Source: Camelus dromedarius | Lineage: Eukaryota | Assembly (NCBI RefSeq): GCF_036321535.1 | Contig: NC_087437.1 | Location: 34,908,001-34,972,000, forward strand | DNA length: 64,000 nt | Direction: 5' to 3' | Shown: one piece after another, positions 32,700 through 46,068 of the stretch | Layout of the letters: every line of letters starts with the position of its first letter | Position numbering within the stretch: the first letter of the stretch is position 1 | Made by a program: the position numbers and the translations under genes | Notes under the pieces: model-generated | What the model was told of the DNA's origin: nothing | What the model saw: only the letters and a program-made list of their open reading frames with translations | The model's database searches: none

Positions 32700-32935
32700 A
32701 GCAACACCAGCTGCCATTTACCGTGTGCTCACTCTCTGCCGGGAGTTAAGCTGAGCGCTTTACGCACATTCTCTTTCCCTACCTGATGAGGTCGATGATG
32801 TTGTCCTCATTTTACAACCACGGAATTGTATTCTCAAAGAGGCTTGTGTGCCCAGGGACACACAGCTGGTGAGTGGTGAGACCAGAATTGAGATCCAGGA
32901 CAGTCTGACCCCATCGTTCAAAGCCCAGCTCACTC
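32700..32935 (-). mobile_element. MIR SINE
   Basis: tgtcctcattttaca..gcccagggacacacagctggtgagtgg..agaattgagatccagg..tctgacccca. Confidence 0.7.
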
Positions 32936-33204
32936 CTCCCTGACTGTCACAACCGGAAGTCTTCCCTCCCGCCTCCGTCTGCCTACAGCATTCGGCAGAT
33001 GCTAGTCTCCCAGAAAAGATACTGCTTTGTGCTTGTAGCTGTTGATACACATGGCTTTCTCTCCTCCCAGATTACTCCTTTAGAGAAAGATCTGGATCTT
33101 GCATAACTTTATAGCCTGCAAATTGCCCTTCATGGAGTATAGATTTAATAAATATCTGACAAATAATATATGAATGAACAACATTCTAGCTCCCTTAAAG
33201 AAAA

Positions 33205-33460
33205 AAATAACAATAGATAATATTGAGTGTGTGTTATATTTAAGCATGGTGCTAAGGGATTTACATGGATTAACTCCTTTATTTCTCACAACTCCTTTGT
33301 TTCCCTCAATGAAATAGGTACTATTATTGTCCCTGTTTTGCAACCAGGGAAACCAAGGATGGGAGAGAGAGAATTTCTCATCCAAAATCACACAGTGGGA
33401 ATACTAGAGTAGGGAATCAAATCCAAGCGCTGTGATATGAGAGCCTGAGCCTTTAACGAC
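33205..33460 (-). mobile_element. MIR SINE
   Basis: gtgctaagggatttacatggattaactc..gaaataggtactattattgtccctgttttgca..ggaaaccaagg. Confidence 0.75.
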
Positions 33461-33935
33461 GGTGCTGAAATATACCGATCTCTAATCCTGATCCTAATTG
33501 GGAAGCTGTTTTGAGATTGATAGAGTCACACCCAAAGGCAGCCTCAAGCTAATGATGGACCCCAGTGGTCACCTCTGTCACCTGTCCACCTGCCTCTTTT
33601 GCCGCTCTCCTCTGACCCCCATCCTAGTGCTCCCTACTGTCAGTCACTCAGCTGCCAAGGTGTCCTTAAGTTCACACTGAAGCCCTCACCCATCCGTACT
33701 TTCTACTCTCAATATTCTTTTTGATTTAGTCTTGAAGGCCTTTAAGATGAGGGTGTGTGGATCTACTGGTAGAGCGTCAAGCCTGAAGGCATGCAGCGGG
33801 AACAGTGCTCCGTCCTGGCAGTGCCAGGGTTGGGTGAGGGGTCACATGCACTAGATCCCGCTGTGCCTGCCCCCAGTCTGCACCAGGTGCGAGAGAGCAG
33901 CTGGTCAAGCTAATGGGCTCGTTCTCTCTTTCCAG

Positions 33936-34282
33936 GTGGTTTCATCAGTTTCAACGGCTCCTGGAGGGTCCAGGGAATCCTGGCCATGTCACGATCCCTG
34001 GGGGACTATCCGCTGAAAAATCTCAACGTGGTCATCCCAGACCCAGATATCCTGACCTTTGACCTGGACAAGCTCCAGCCCGAGTTCATGATCTTGGCAT
34101 CAGATGGCCTCTGGGATGCCTTCAGCAACGAAGAAGCTGTTCGATTCATCAAAGACCGCTTGGATGAACCTCACTTTGGAGCCAAGAGCATAGTGTTACA
34201 GTCATTTTACAGAGGCTGCCCTGACAATATAACAGTCATGGTGGTGAAGTTCAGGAATAGCAGCAAAACAGAAGAGCAGTGA
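33936..34282 (+). CDS. PPM1L: Protein phosphatase 1L (PP2C-epsilon), coding part of terminal exon, stop TGA 34280-34282
   Basis: Acceptor ttctctctttccag|gt. In frame with the previous exon: GGFISFNGSWRVQGILAMSRSLGDYPLK..ILASDGLWD..GCPDNITVMVVKFRNSSKTEEQ*. Contains PP2C metal-binding motifs DGLWD and DNIT. Confidence 0.97.
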
Positions 34283-37200
34283 ACCCTTCGGGGTCTCAGC
34301 TGCCTTAGACTAAAGGACTTTAAACACCCTGGTCTCTTTTAATGTAGTGAGAGGTGTGGGAGTTACAGTTAGGATCATCCACCCAGACATGGGATGCCCC
34401 CTCCCTGGCCATCTTAAGTCTATGTCCCGCGATGAAGAGGGTGCTTTTGGCCAATGTAGTTGAGAGGCTGGAAAATGGTTTCTTCGTGTTTTCCCATTTT
34501 TTCATCCAATGTTCAAAGTATATAAATATATAGCTGTAGATTCACATGTGTGAAGTGAGCGGCATGTGTGCCATATATACTCCTTTTCAGATTGTTTTCA
34601 AGATCCCTCACGGGGCCCTCCAGGCATCAGGCTTTGTGTCCTCTTGTTGGAGCGGGAAGCAGGGCGCAGGGAGCCAGGGCCGAGTGGCCACACCCTTTGC
34701 TGAGAGACAGAACGGTCCTGAGAATGCTCTGTCCTCCTGAGCCCAGGTTTTCTGCTCTGCAGCAGTCCAGAAATAGATTTGGAAATGGTTTATTATTATT
34801 CTGTGGCTGCTCTTGGAGGCTGAGGAAGTGGGGAGGATGAGAGTTGCCTGCACAGCGGAAATAACCTCTCACCCTCGCTCCCCTTATTAGTTAAACAGAC
34901 TTTGTGTACCACCCGGCCAGTCTTTGTGTGTTTATCCTAATCGTGCATGACCTTAACCTTTTGCTTACACCTTACTGTATGTGATAGGCAGCTGTTAAAC
35001 TTCACCCCCAGACACAATTTTTTACTTTACCAAGAAGTGACAAAAGCAAATCGCAATACCATAATTCCTTCCATCTCTAAGGGTAGATAGAGGAAAATAA
35101 TGGCCGAGTAAGTCACGGTGCCCCTGGGGAAGTCTGCCGCCTGCATTGGGAGAGACAGCTGGTGAGGTCGCCATCCTGAATTGAGCTCCAGCTGCCTGGT
35201 TTGGGGCATTTTTTTTCTCTCCTATAATGCGTGCTCTCAAGTGTCTTTCAATCAGTGTTCTGAGAAGCAGCGGCCTAGAACTGTGTGTGCGTTCCTTGAA
35301 GCCAAGTACAGCTCCCAGCTGCGCCTTGGAACTTGGTGGTGAACCGCTGGGCTGTGCTTCTGCTTGACGGTGCAGAGGCCTCCGTCTTTAACATTTGATT
35401 GCAAGTCATTGAGTTGTTGTGGAGCCAGACTTGCTACTTTCCATTTCGTATCACCAAAGTCACGTTTCCAATCTCAGTATTTTATAATCACTAGGTCATC
35501 CGGTGTCCCTAATTGAGGTGGCTCAAACAGTCAAACAAGATTTTCATTGCATCTCCACCTCTGTGTGTCCAAAATGCCAGGGTGTCCACCTGGTTTTGTC
35601 CTTCCAGCGTGGGCATTTGTCATCATAGCTTCTCAAAGGCCCCACTCACTGGCCACCTCCTGCCCGTGGTGCCGCTGCACCCCCCACTTCGTCCGCTGCG
35701 GAGCTGTCCTGAAGCAAGTTCTAGGAGTGAACTTAGGAGGGTGAAGAGATCCCCTTGCGGCTGCCAAGGACCATAATCTGTCTGAATTCCCCCAAGTATA
35801 TAACCTTTCTTTGACTGAAAGAATTCAGTCATGAATTCCCAAGAGATTTGCTTACTTTTTGTAAATTGTAACATTAGCATTTTCAATATTAGAATTAGAA
35901 CCTAGGTTTTTTGTGTTTTTAGCTGTAGCACATCTAGCACAAAATACTTGCCCCCATGTTAGATGGGAGTATCCGCCTACTGAGAGACACAATATTTGGA
36001 TGTGTGTATTTGAGGTGGGGGTTGGGAGACGAATGTAGGATTCATGCTGGGTGTGATTGATGTTGGACAGTCAGGCCAGGTGGCCCGAAATTTGCTTGGT
36101 GATTGAGGACAGTCTGATTCTGGAGAGTTACCAAAGCCCACATCTAACTGGAGTCGAGGAATAAGCAGTGTCTTCGTTTCATGGTACACAGTCCACTTTC
36201 CTTTTATTTAAACTTAACCCAAAATTCAGAATAGCAAGGGAAAGACATTTTTTAATTCTGTGATCATTGTTATTGTCTAAAATGAAAATGGTAGTGTTTT
36301 GGTGCTTCTAAACTTTGCTTTGTAGAATTAATTTATTTCTGATTTTAACCAAGTAGTGTGTATATTTTCTACTCCCTTTCTGCCTCTTTTTCTCCCACTT
36401 TGGCTTGTAGATTTTTTAAAAATAGAAGTTCTAAGCTAAATAATAGTTGGATTAATAGTTATGTCTGAAATCAAAGTACTTCGTTACCTTCTCTCATCCT
36501 CCTGGAGTTCTGTCTCCCCAAGCCTCCTCCAGCCCCTGGGGGTCTGCAGACAGCACCCCGGGGTGCCCTGTGGCTCACCGGCCACTTTCTAGGGACAGGG
36601 AAGGTTGAGTCTAGTTAGAGAAATTGATTTGAGAAGTTTGCATGTGACGCTTCCCTAAACAGCACTGCCAAAGCTTTGGAACTGTCACCCGAGGCTGCCA
36701 GACTCCCTAGCCCGAGTTCGCATTGCCAATAGCCCTCATGGTGCCAAATTTTGGAACAGTTTTACAGCCTTTTAGAAATGAAGCTGGGAACGAATGATCA
36801 CGTGCTTATGAGCTCTTAGCATGATGCCAAGCCCAGGTCTTCATTAATGCACTGTCCTCCTGCTCCTCCACCAGCATTCATACTTTTAAAATGGGTTGAG
36901 ATGCGGTGGGCATGAGGTGGAGGATGGAGAAGGCAGGGAAATTTTTTCTTAATTCGTTGTATTTGCAATTCTCTAATCAAAGGAATAAACAATACTTATA
37001 TGGAAAACTTCAAAGCTAGTTCCCAAGACCGGCATTTATTTCGCATGACCAACTGGCCCGAGGCATGTAACTGTGAGGTCACGGTCCTAATACAACATGA
37101 CTGTACTCATTACTGGTAACCAGTGGCCACATTCTGTTCCTTGCCTTGGATGGAAGTGGTTGACCTCTAGAATCTTGTCCATGATAAGGGTATTACAGAG

Positions 37201-40200
37201 AGTATTTTAGAGAGTAAAGGAGCACATGCAATCTGGATCATTTAAAATAGCTCTTGTTTCACATAACTGTTATGATTTCAACCCATGAACATTTTGTGCA
37301 GACAGGATTGTGTGTGTGATGGCATCACCAGTCCTATCTGAAGTGATTCTAGGAAGCTGATTACACAATTGAATTGGATCATGGGGATATCTGGCAATAC
37401 ATGAGGGATTCACAGAGGGAGAGCTCACTTTTTCTTGGCCAGATATGCCTTGACTTGCCTGACTTTTTTCCCCCTGAGTTGTTTTCAGATCTAACTCTTG
37501 CAATTGTGAACACAGGAAGTTTAGAAAGGGCAACATTTAATTGTCCATCTGAAAGTATAGGAATACATACTCTGGGTAAGGCTTTATTTTCCAATGATCT
37601 CAGAAAATGTGGGTCCTTTTGACCCACTGTTAGACTGATCTCTTAATATTCCCCCCAGATTGCCTTAGCTCGTCACACCAGCATTCCCAACCCAGCTCTG
37701 CAGAAATGACGCCTATTCAGTTGCCTCTGGATCAATTTTTTTCTAGTAACACCGAGTAACATTTCAAAGAGCTTGTGTTCCATAGGATCTGCTTTAGGAA
37801 ATTCTGGTTTATGGAAATATTACTATTTTCTCATTGCTATGACTCTTAGTAGTTGAAATACAGTTAGCAATTTAGAAGTACTAATCCTTTCATAGGAGAG
37901 GCTGGTGTGTTAATGAAAGCAGTGTTAACAAATAGAATGATTTAATATGACCAACAGCAGCTCCCGTTGATAGCAGAAGCCCAACAATCCTCCTTAAAAC
38001 TCTAAACATCAGCTCCCTTCTATTTCTGTGAATAGTAAGCAAAAGGCTTGCATAGCTAGGGACTTCTCAAATTCGTTCCAAAAGCTTTCAGTTGCTTTTT
38101 TGAAATTATCTTTGCTTTCCAGATGGAATCAAAATAAATATTTTTACATTTTATCACAATGTGAGAGTAAAAAAAATATTTAAAATAATAGAAAAGGGGG
38201 AAATGGCATATTTGGTATTAATTCATTTTTAAAATTCTAATGAGTTTTTTAAAACAATGTATCCATGGTATAATAATGGAAATGTAAACTATTTACACTT
38301 CCTCTTTCTTCTCATTCATTCTAAAATCCCTGTCCCATGTTGTCCCACCTTTCACATTTTATGTATATAATTCAGTTTATCAAGTTATTTCTTGCCTAAA
38401 ATGCAAGGCTTGGCTCTAGCTCCATAATTGTTACTCTCAGCCTGGGGAATATGTTTGGAAAGCTCTGAGAGATAATCCCAAAGCAACAAATGAAACAAAT
38501 CTAGTCGAAAACATGGTACAAAGTGAATTTAGGGTAAAGTCATTATCTTAAAATGACATCCAGTATTTAGGAATATACCCTCCCTCTGGTTGTTATCCAA
38601 AATCGTATAAAACAAAGTAAAATCGCTTAGGCTAGGTGGCAAATGGCAAAGGGCAAGTGACAGTTGACACTAAGGCTTCCATGAGATACATGATTCTAAA
38701 CTTGTTTTCCAATATGTACATTTATTTGCTAATTCTTTATAATGTTGATGCTGTGTCCATTATTTTTTATTTTTACCTCTGTTAAGCTGCAAACTGTTTA
38801 ACCAAGGGTTGACGATGATCATGTTTGTGTGCTTAGTAATAACCACACCATCATTTGTACAATCACTTCAATAAATCCAAGTTGAGGACTTTGAAAAGAG
38901 CATGTAGTAACTATTCATTTTCACCAACCAACATAGGCATTTTCACAATTCAAATGTCCACCAAAAAGCAAGCAAGAAGCAAAGATGCAGATTATATTTA
39001 GAGATACAGTTCCATTTATTCTATAATAAATGGAATAAATAAGTCCTATAACCTGGCATTCTTACCACATAATCCCCTCTGACATTGGCCAAATCCAAAT
39101 TAATCTCAAAACCTCCAAGGACCAGAGTCCCTAGCTTTGAGCACAGGCAGATTACCATGAGGGCTCTGATTGTAGACTGTGCTGGAGGGAGGGTTGGGGG
39201 ACAGGGCAGTCTGCCTGGGTCACTCACTGCCTCTGTAGGAGAGGGACCAGGTACCAGCCACACTCTCCCATCACCTTTTGTCAGGAGGAAATTCAGAGGT
39301 TAAATGTGATGTCATGCATTATCACAATGTGGTTCTATTATTCATTAGACAATGGGTAATTTAAAATGTGTTCATGCAGAAACAAAGGTAGAAGTAGTAT
39401 TCAAGGAATTGGGGGGAAAAACCTTTTGGATACTTAGACATTGAAAACGTAAAAAGTAGGTTATCAAAAATTTGGCTTATCAGACTTTTACCTGCATAGG
39501 TTGTATTTAATAGCAATTGCTAACAACTGCACAGAGGTCAGTAGAAAGCAGGCTTTCCCGCTTCTCACCTATTCAAATTGCAAGGCTTCCCATTTAGAGT
39601 ATTGGCTAGTGCTTTGCTTATGTGTTAATAAAGACAATTCTAAAGCTCCTTGTTTTATAGGACTGATGGCACAGGTAGAATCATTCTTAAAAATAGTTTG
39701 AAACTTTTTTTAATTTAAAAAAAAGCAGCATTAATTTCTGCTGTGATCAAGTTAGAATGTACAGAAAAGCATTTGCAAGAAAATGTACAAGATGAAATCA
39801 GAGAATAATTTAAAAGGAAATATTTTAAATTAAGAAAAGAAGACCTTATATTTTACTCCATCATGAGTCATGCTTTCTGACATCTGTGCTCTTTCTGAAG
39901 GAGACAACATTGAGAAAAAAGAGAATGAATCCTGAGTTATCTATAAAGTTCATAAAACTGCAGTCCCAATTCCATTCTTACCCAATGAAAATGGATACAC
40001 CACTGTCCTAAACCACTTTTACTGTCCTCGGTTCTGTTCACTTTCCAAATGCTTGACAGTTTTACCCTGAACCCTTTAAGAATTTTTGCATTTTTCAAAG
40101 AGGGAATACCCCTTTTTAGAATTTTTTTTAAATAGTAAGAGAGATGAAATGCTAGATCTTCCATGTTGGAGTGCCCAAATAAAATTGAAATCAGATAAAC

Positions 40201-43200
40201 ATAATCACAGCTACCTCTGGGGGTGAGTTTTGAAACTGTTAATTTTCCAAATGCCAACATGAATACCAGTGAGTATTCAACTGAAAACAGACAATTTCAC
40301 TTAAACAAAGTACAAGGTTGTTTAATATTCCAGCTTCTTAGAGAGTTTTCCATATAATGAAAAGGATGTTTGCTTATATAATTTTTTAAAATCCTGTAAG
40401 AATGACGTATTAGACATCTCTAACTGAAGAGAATGATGTTTCTTGTGCAAATTTTAAATTCCCATCTGTCTCAGCATGCAAAGACAAAAAGTGACTGCTT
40501 AGTATAATAATGAAAACATGTAAATCCTGCTCCATGGGGAAAAAAAATGAAAAAGCCACGGGACTTTAAGCAAGAATACTCCCCCTATTTAAGCTGCAAG
40601 ACTACATTCAGTCTATGTCTTTATCATCCTGACTGCCCTTTTATCTCAGGCATATATTTAGAAAGTGGAATAATCAATACAGAAAAGGAGACGATCTAAT
40701 AACTTTAGCTTCAATTTTAGAAAGCAGGGTTTGCCTTTTTAAAAATTTATCAGAAATATATGTTCACATTGAAACACTGACATCTATGGCACTGTCTTTG
40801 GTTTACTGTTTCAATTTCTAAAGCAAATGGTTTTGATTTACAGCACTCACACCACTTCAGTTCAGAGTACAGAGTTGAAGACTGTTTTGCAATGCCTCAA
40901 CATTCCCTCAGTCAGTCAGTCAGAAAAAGAAAACAAAAGCAAAAGAAGATGACATTTTAGTGAGTTCAGAAGAATGATGATCCCAACAAGCCTGAAAAAA
41001 TAGCAATGAAACAGTTAATTCCAAAACACGCCAACGTGAACTATGTTCACATACATAATTCTTATATACCACATGTACAAGTTTTTTTTTTTAAATACAA
41101 GCATCACTGCATTTATAACACATTGATCTATGTTATGAACAGGTTTAATTGGGAAAGCCACTATTTTTGCTATAAGTAAATCTGCTTGTATATTTAATTC
41201 TTTCCTTTATGATTATTAATGTTAGTCATATTCTTTATTAGTATTCCTTTTTGAGCACCTGTCATATGCCAAGTGCAAATAGTCTAAGGAAGCATATCTA
41301 GAGGTGAGCACTTAGGCACCATCCCCACCTTGGCACTCACAGCCCAGCGGAGGCTGCACAGATATCGTAATTCTCAGTATTGGCTGAATGGGGTGAAAAT
41401 TGGCATCTTTCATTATTTTCTCCAATGAGTTTAGATGTGTAAGGACAGGGCAGAATTAGAGTCATTCTTTCCTATACTTAAAAGACAGCGAATGGTAAAA
41501 GATTGGGAATATCTTGCCTACACCTGAGCAAATTGCATCAGATATTTACTCCATATTAGGTCACCTAGTTTCCTAAAGATGGAGTGGGGAGGTGAGACAG
41601 GGAGCCTCTGGGGACCAGGGCAAGGGTAGGGCTGTTCCAGTGGGGAGCCACCACTGGAGCCTCCTCCCGGAGGGACAGCAGCCATGCAAGGGCTCAGCCA
41701 TGGTATAATCCAAGCCAGGGTGTCTCTTCTGGAGGAAGGAGAGAATTACAGCAAAGGAGAACAGTCAACAGTGAGAACATCTCTCCATGGTCTGTTTCTA
41801 TTTTTGTTCCCAAGAGGCTATGTCCCAACCTCATGTCCCAAAAGAGAACCCAGAACTGAGAGTGTTTATCATCAGTGTTCCTTGAGTATATAAATTAGCA
41901 AATTTATGATATAGAAAATGAACATATTTCAGGAATATAATTATTTCTTGAGCTTAAATGTGAAGACTAAATGTCAGATTTTTTTAAATCATAAATTAGG
42001 TATCCATAGTTGCCCTAGACATTCCAAAATCTAGGCAAGGAATTTAAGTTTTCTATTTTGAATGAGACTAGCAACATCTGTTTTCTGTATGACAAAGCAA
42101 AACAAAATGCCAGACTTGTATTTTTAACCACAGAAGCCATCACTTCTTTCTCAATTCTTTGGTCATCTTCCCTAGACACCTCTTTCTGTTTATGCCACTT
42201 GCTTCTTTATCCAAGTAATATTAGCTATTGCCAAATTACATTAGAATTCTATTGAATTCTAATAAGAGTGAGAATGAGGAGACATTGGGAATGACCCATT
42301 GGGATCAGAAATGGAATTTTTGTTGTTTTGTTTTTAATCATGAGAACGTATGAAAGGAAACTGAAATTAAGTCAAACCAATTTCTGACTTGGTAAGGTTA
42401 AAACCATAGGAGGAGTCCAGTCATTAAGGAAGGAAAGGAGGGTTGGAGGGAAAAAGAGAAAACCTCAAGTACCTAAGAAGTATGTTTTGTGCATGGTATA
42501 TCTCAAAAGTTCTGCTCTTGTTCTCTGCTGAATTTTGAAACAATGACTTTGTATATGCCTTAACTATAGTGATTTCAACACCATGACAATTTCTCCATTG
42601 GCATTTTCTTGCTATTTTAAAAATCATGTTATTTGTTTATATAAAAAAAAAAGCAGGATCCATGATATATTAGACAATGCTTTCTTTTAGGAAACTTCCA
42701 ATTATATTTAATAATTAAATCACAGGTCAAAAATAAGTTTCAGATCAATCAGGCTTTCTGGTAAGTTAGTCCCTGAAAATGATTCATAATAAATACAATG
42801 AAAACTCTGCAAAACCTCATTACTCTTGGTACTCTTCAGAGGTTTTTATACCTACTAGTCTATATTTGTCTCTAAGAGATGCTTGAAATAAAAGTTAAAA
42901 TGTCAACCTGGTGTGGAGCCCAGAGTATATGGCAGTGCACGGTGACTCAAGATGCATGGCATGTCATTCAGGTCCCTTGGATGTGTGCTAGGGGTAGGTT
43001 TAGCCTTGTAGAGACTAATGTGTTCATGCAATCACTGACTCTGTGTTGTTGTATACAAAGTGGACAGCTAAAAATTCACCTTTGATGACAAGATTCAAGC
43101 AAAAATAAACACATTAAAGTTATCGGACTTTATACACGGAATGGCTGCTATTCTTTTTCTTTGGGTTAAAGTCCTTTTACATTCTAATGTCTGGCCTGGA

Positions 43201-43445
43201 ATTTCATAATTTCTCAAGGTTTTTGAGTTAGAGTGGCTGCTGAGCTGGGATTCCACGTAGAAAGCAGGAAAACAGTTCATGGCCCAAGGATAAGACAAAA
43301 ACATAACAGAAGCAAGAGATAGGAGACATCGAGGCTGGGAGTGCTCCCATCTGGAACACGAATAAGCCTGGCTCCAATTCAAAACAGAGTTACTTTTAAA
43401 AATGTATACAAATGTATGCAATAAAAATTGTTTATTGTTAACGCC
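34283..43445 (+). other. PPM1L: Putative long (~9 kb) PPM1L 3' UTR with several alternative poly(A) signals
   Basis: Nearly repeat-free until dense L1 begins at ~44300. AATAAA at 36984, 38870, 39025, 39034, 42788, 42887, 43104 and 43420. Human PPM1L is recalled to have a very long terminal exon. The 3' end is inferred. Confidence 0.6.
43403..43440 (+). terminator. PPM1L: Candidate distal PPM1L polyadenylation signal
   Basis: Two TGTA (CFIm) motifs at 43403 and 43413, AATAAA at 43420-43425, and a T-rich segment downstream. Confidence 0.55.
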
Positions 43446-45536
43446 ACTTTAACCCAGCTTTATACCACAACAAAGATTACAGAGTATAACTAGTATTAGG
43501 TGATAAGGGTTAGATTAGCTCTACATACAGGTAAACTCCAGCAATGTGGCATGACACGCCTCAGAAGAACGTCTGGAAGAAAATCTCCATCTGCAAAGGT
43601 TTTCACAAGATGGAGAAAGGAACAGTGTGGAATTTAGAGACAGAGGGAAATAAGTATACACACACACATGCACACACGTAATGCTATTTTTAGGTATTCT
43701 AAAGAGGAAATGCTCAGATGTGAACAGCGCTTGGGACTGGAACAATAAAAGTTAATCACCAGTTTGCTAAATTTGGAATTGGGTGTTAACAAAGCAGAAA
43801 AATGTGGCCTTGGATTATTTTTTTCCTTTCCATTAAAAATAATATTTGATAGCCAGAGAAGAAAATGCAGCCTGTGAATTCTGGTCTTCCACTTTTTTCT
43901 CTGGATAGGAAATTTCTAACATAAAATGAGGGATGTGATTAGAGATTTCCAGCTGGATTAGAGTAAGAATTACGGACTTTTCCAAAACCAACCACAGATC
44001 CAAAGAAATAGGAATCAAGAGTCACAAACACTCCAACTTCACTTACAGTCACGGGCTATATTCTCTCTCTTTCACTCCTTCTGTCTTATTATAAAAATAC
44101 AGTAGCGACAATCTATTTGATTTTCAGAGGTAACAACAGATCCTGCTAGCCTAAACTGAAAGAATGCTTTAATATACGGATTTTACTGGTGCCTCATGGA
44201 ATCCAAGGGCGATAAAGGTATTTAAATGGGGCCTCAGGAACAATACACATCTAAGGCTCAAAAACTATCAAGGAATCTACAGGGGCTTCCTCTTCCAGAT
44301 CTCACAGATTAACTGGTATTGCACTTGCCATCCACGGTAAGCAACTGTAAAGCTGGAAAAACTGTACTAAGCGATTATTTTCAGGCAGTGAACAACACTG
44401 GACAACAGGCAGTGCAAGACAGCAATCCTTGAGAGAAGGGGTCACAAGTTGTCCTGTGATCACCTCCGCTCTCTGGGAGGGGACAATTTTCTGACTGTGG
44501 CCTAGCAAGCTGGAGTCCAAGCAGAGGTGGATAGAACCGAGGATGCAGACCGTGGCTAGAGTCTGTGGAGACCTGTGACAGTGGGGAGCCTCAGGAGTCT
44601 GTGTGTGGGCCGGCCCCTCACGGTCCTTAGCCGATGGCAGGCTACCTGTGCGTGGGGTGAAGCACCCCAGGCTTACCCAGAAGTGACTGCTGGGGGACTC
44701 CATGTGGAATAGAAACACTGGAGATTGAGTATTGCTGGGGAATGTCAAGTTCTGGCCCAAGCAGACTGGAGAAACATCCAGGGGGACACTTAGGCTGTGT
44801 ATTAAGAGTAAGGACCACTCTCTAAATTAAGGCCTACTTCAGATTTAACCTAATTGAGCTTAAAACCAACTGCTGGCAAGATCCACAAGAGAGGCAGAGT
44901 TGGGCAGTTGAGTTCCAACAAATGAAAGGGGCTTGGGAAAACCTTAGGGTTTTATAGACTCACTGAGACAAACTGTTAACACGTTCTCCCATTTACCCTG
45001 CCCACTGCAAAAAAGAAAAAAAAAAAAATCAAGATGATCAGCTAAGAACTGAACTACTTACTAGAACAAAAATCAAATTATCAGAACTCTTCAGGGGAAT
45101 ATAATAGAATCCAGAATATTTACATGTTTATAACATATCATTCACATTGTCCAGGACAAAATAAAACTGAGAAATTACCAGACATGCAAAGAAAGAGGAA
45201 AAGGTGACCAATAGTCAAGAAAACACAGCAGTCAATAGTGGTCAATCCTGAGAGGCCTACATACTGATCTTGCAGACTTTACAGCAGCTATAATAAATAT
45301 GTTCAAGGAATTTATGGCAACTATGGTCTTAATGAGAAAATAAATAAAGAATCTCAACAGAGAAATGGGAAATTAAAAATAAAAACTCTAAAACAGAAAA
45401 ATGAAAATCTGGAATGAAAAGTTTACTGGATCAGCTTGACAGAATTTGGAGATGGCAAAAGAAACAGGGAGTGAACTTGATCAATACAAATTACCTGATC
45501 TGAAGAAAAGACAAGAAAAAAGATTTAAGGAAAATT

Positions 45537-45583
45537 CAACCTAAATGTCCATCAACAGATAACTGGATAAAGAAGATGTAGTG

Positions 45584-45620
<37 letters not shown>

Positions 45621-46068
45621 TGGAATACTACTCAACCATAAAGAAGAATAAAATAATACCATTTGAAGCAATATGGATGGACCTGGAGGTTGTCATTTTA
45701 AGTGAAGTAAGCCAGAAAGAGAAAGAAAAATGCCACATGATATCACTCATATGTAGAATCTTAAAAAAAAAAAAAAAAAAGGGCACAAATGAACTTATCT
45801 ACAAAACAGAAACAGACTCACAGACATAGACAACAAAGCTTATGGTTACCAGTGGGTAAAGGGGGTGGGAAGGTATAAATTTGGATTTCTAAAATTGTAC
45901 CTCTTGGGGAGTGATGGAAATGTTAGCTATACTGATTGTGGTAATGGTTTCATTGGTATATACATCTATCAAAATTCATCAAATTGTACATCTGAAATAT
46001 GTATAGTTTACTGTACAGGAAACATACCATAATACAGGTATTTAAAAAAGAAAAAAAAAAAGAAAATT
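45537..46068 (+). mobile_element. Younger L1 3' end nested in the old L1 ORF1 region
   Basis: caacctaaatgtccatcaacagat..atggaatactactca..aaatgaacttatctacaaaacagaaacagactcacagac, then an A tail. Short flanking repeat gaaaatt. Confidence 0.75.
45589..45616. repeat. (AC)14 microsatellite
   Basis: Directly visible perfect repeat. Confidence 0.95.

Noticed and set aside
33986..34282. 98-aa ORF starting at Met
   Set aside because: Internal Met of the PPM1L last exon; the coding frame begins at the acceptor at 33936.
44302..44760. 152-aa minus-strand ORF
   Set aside because: Antisense to a degenerate L1 5' region, non-ATG start, no recognisable domain.
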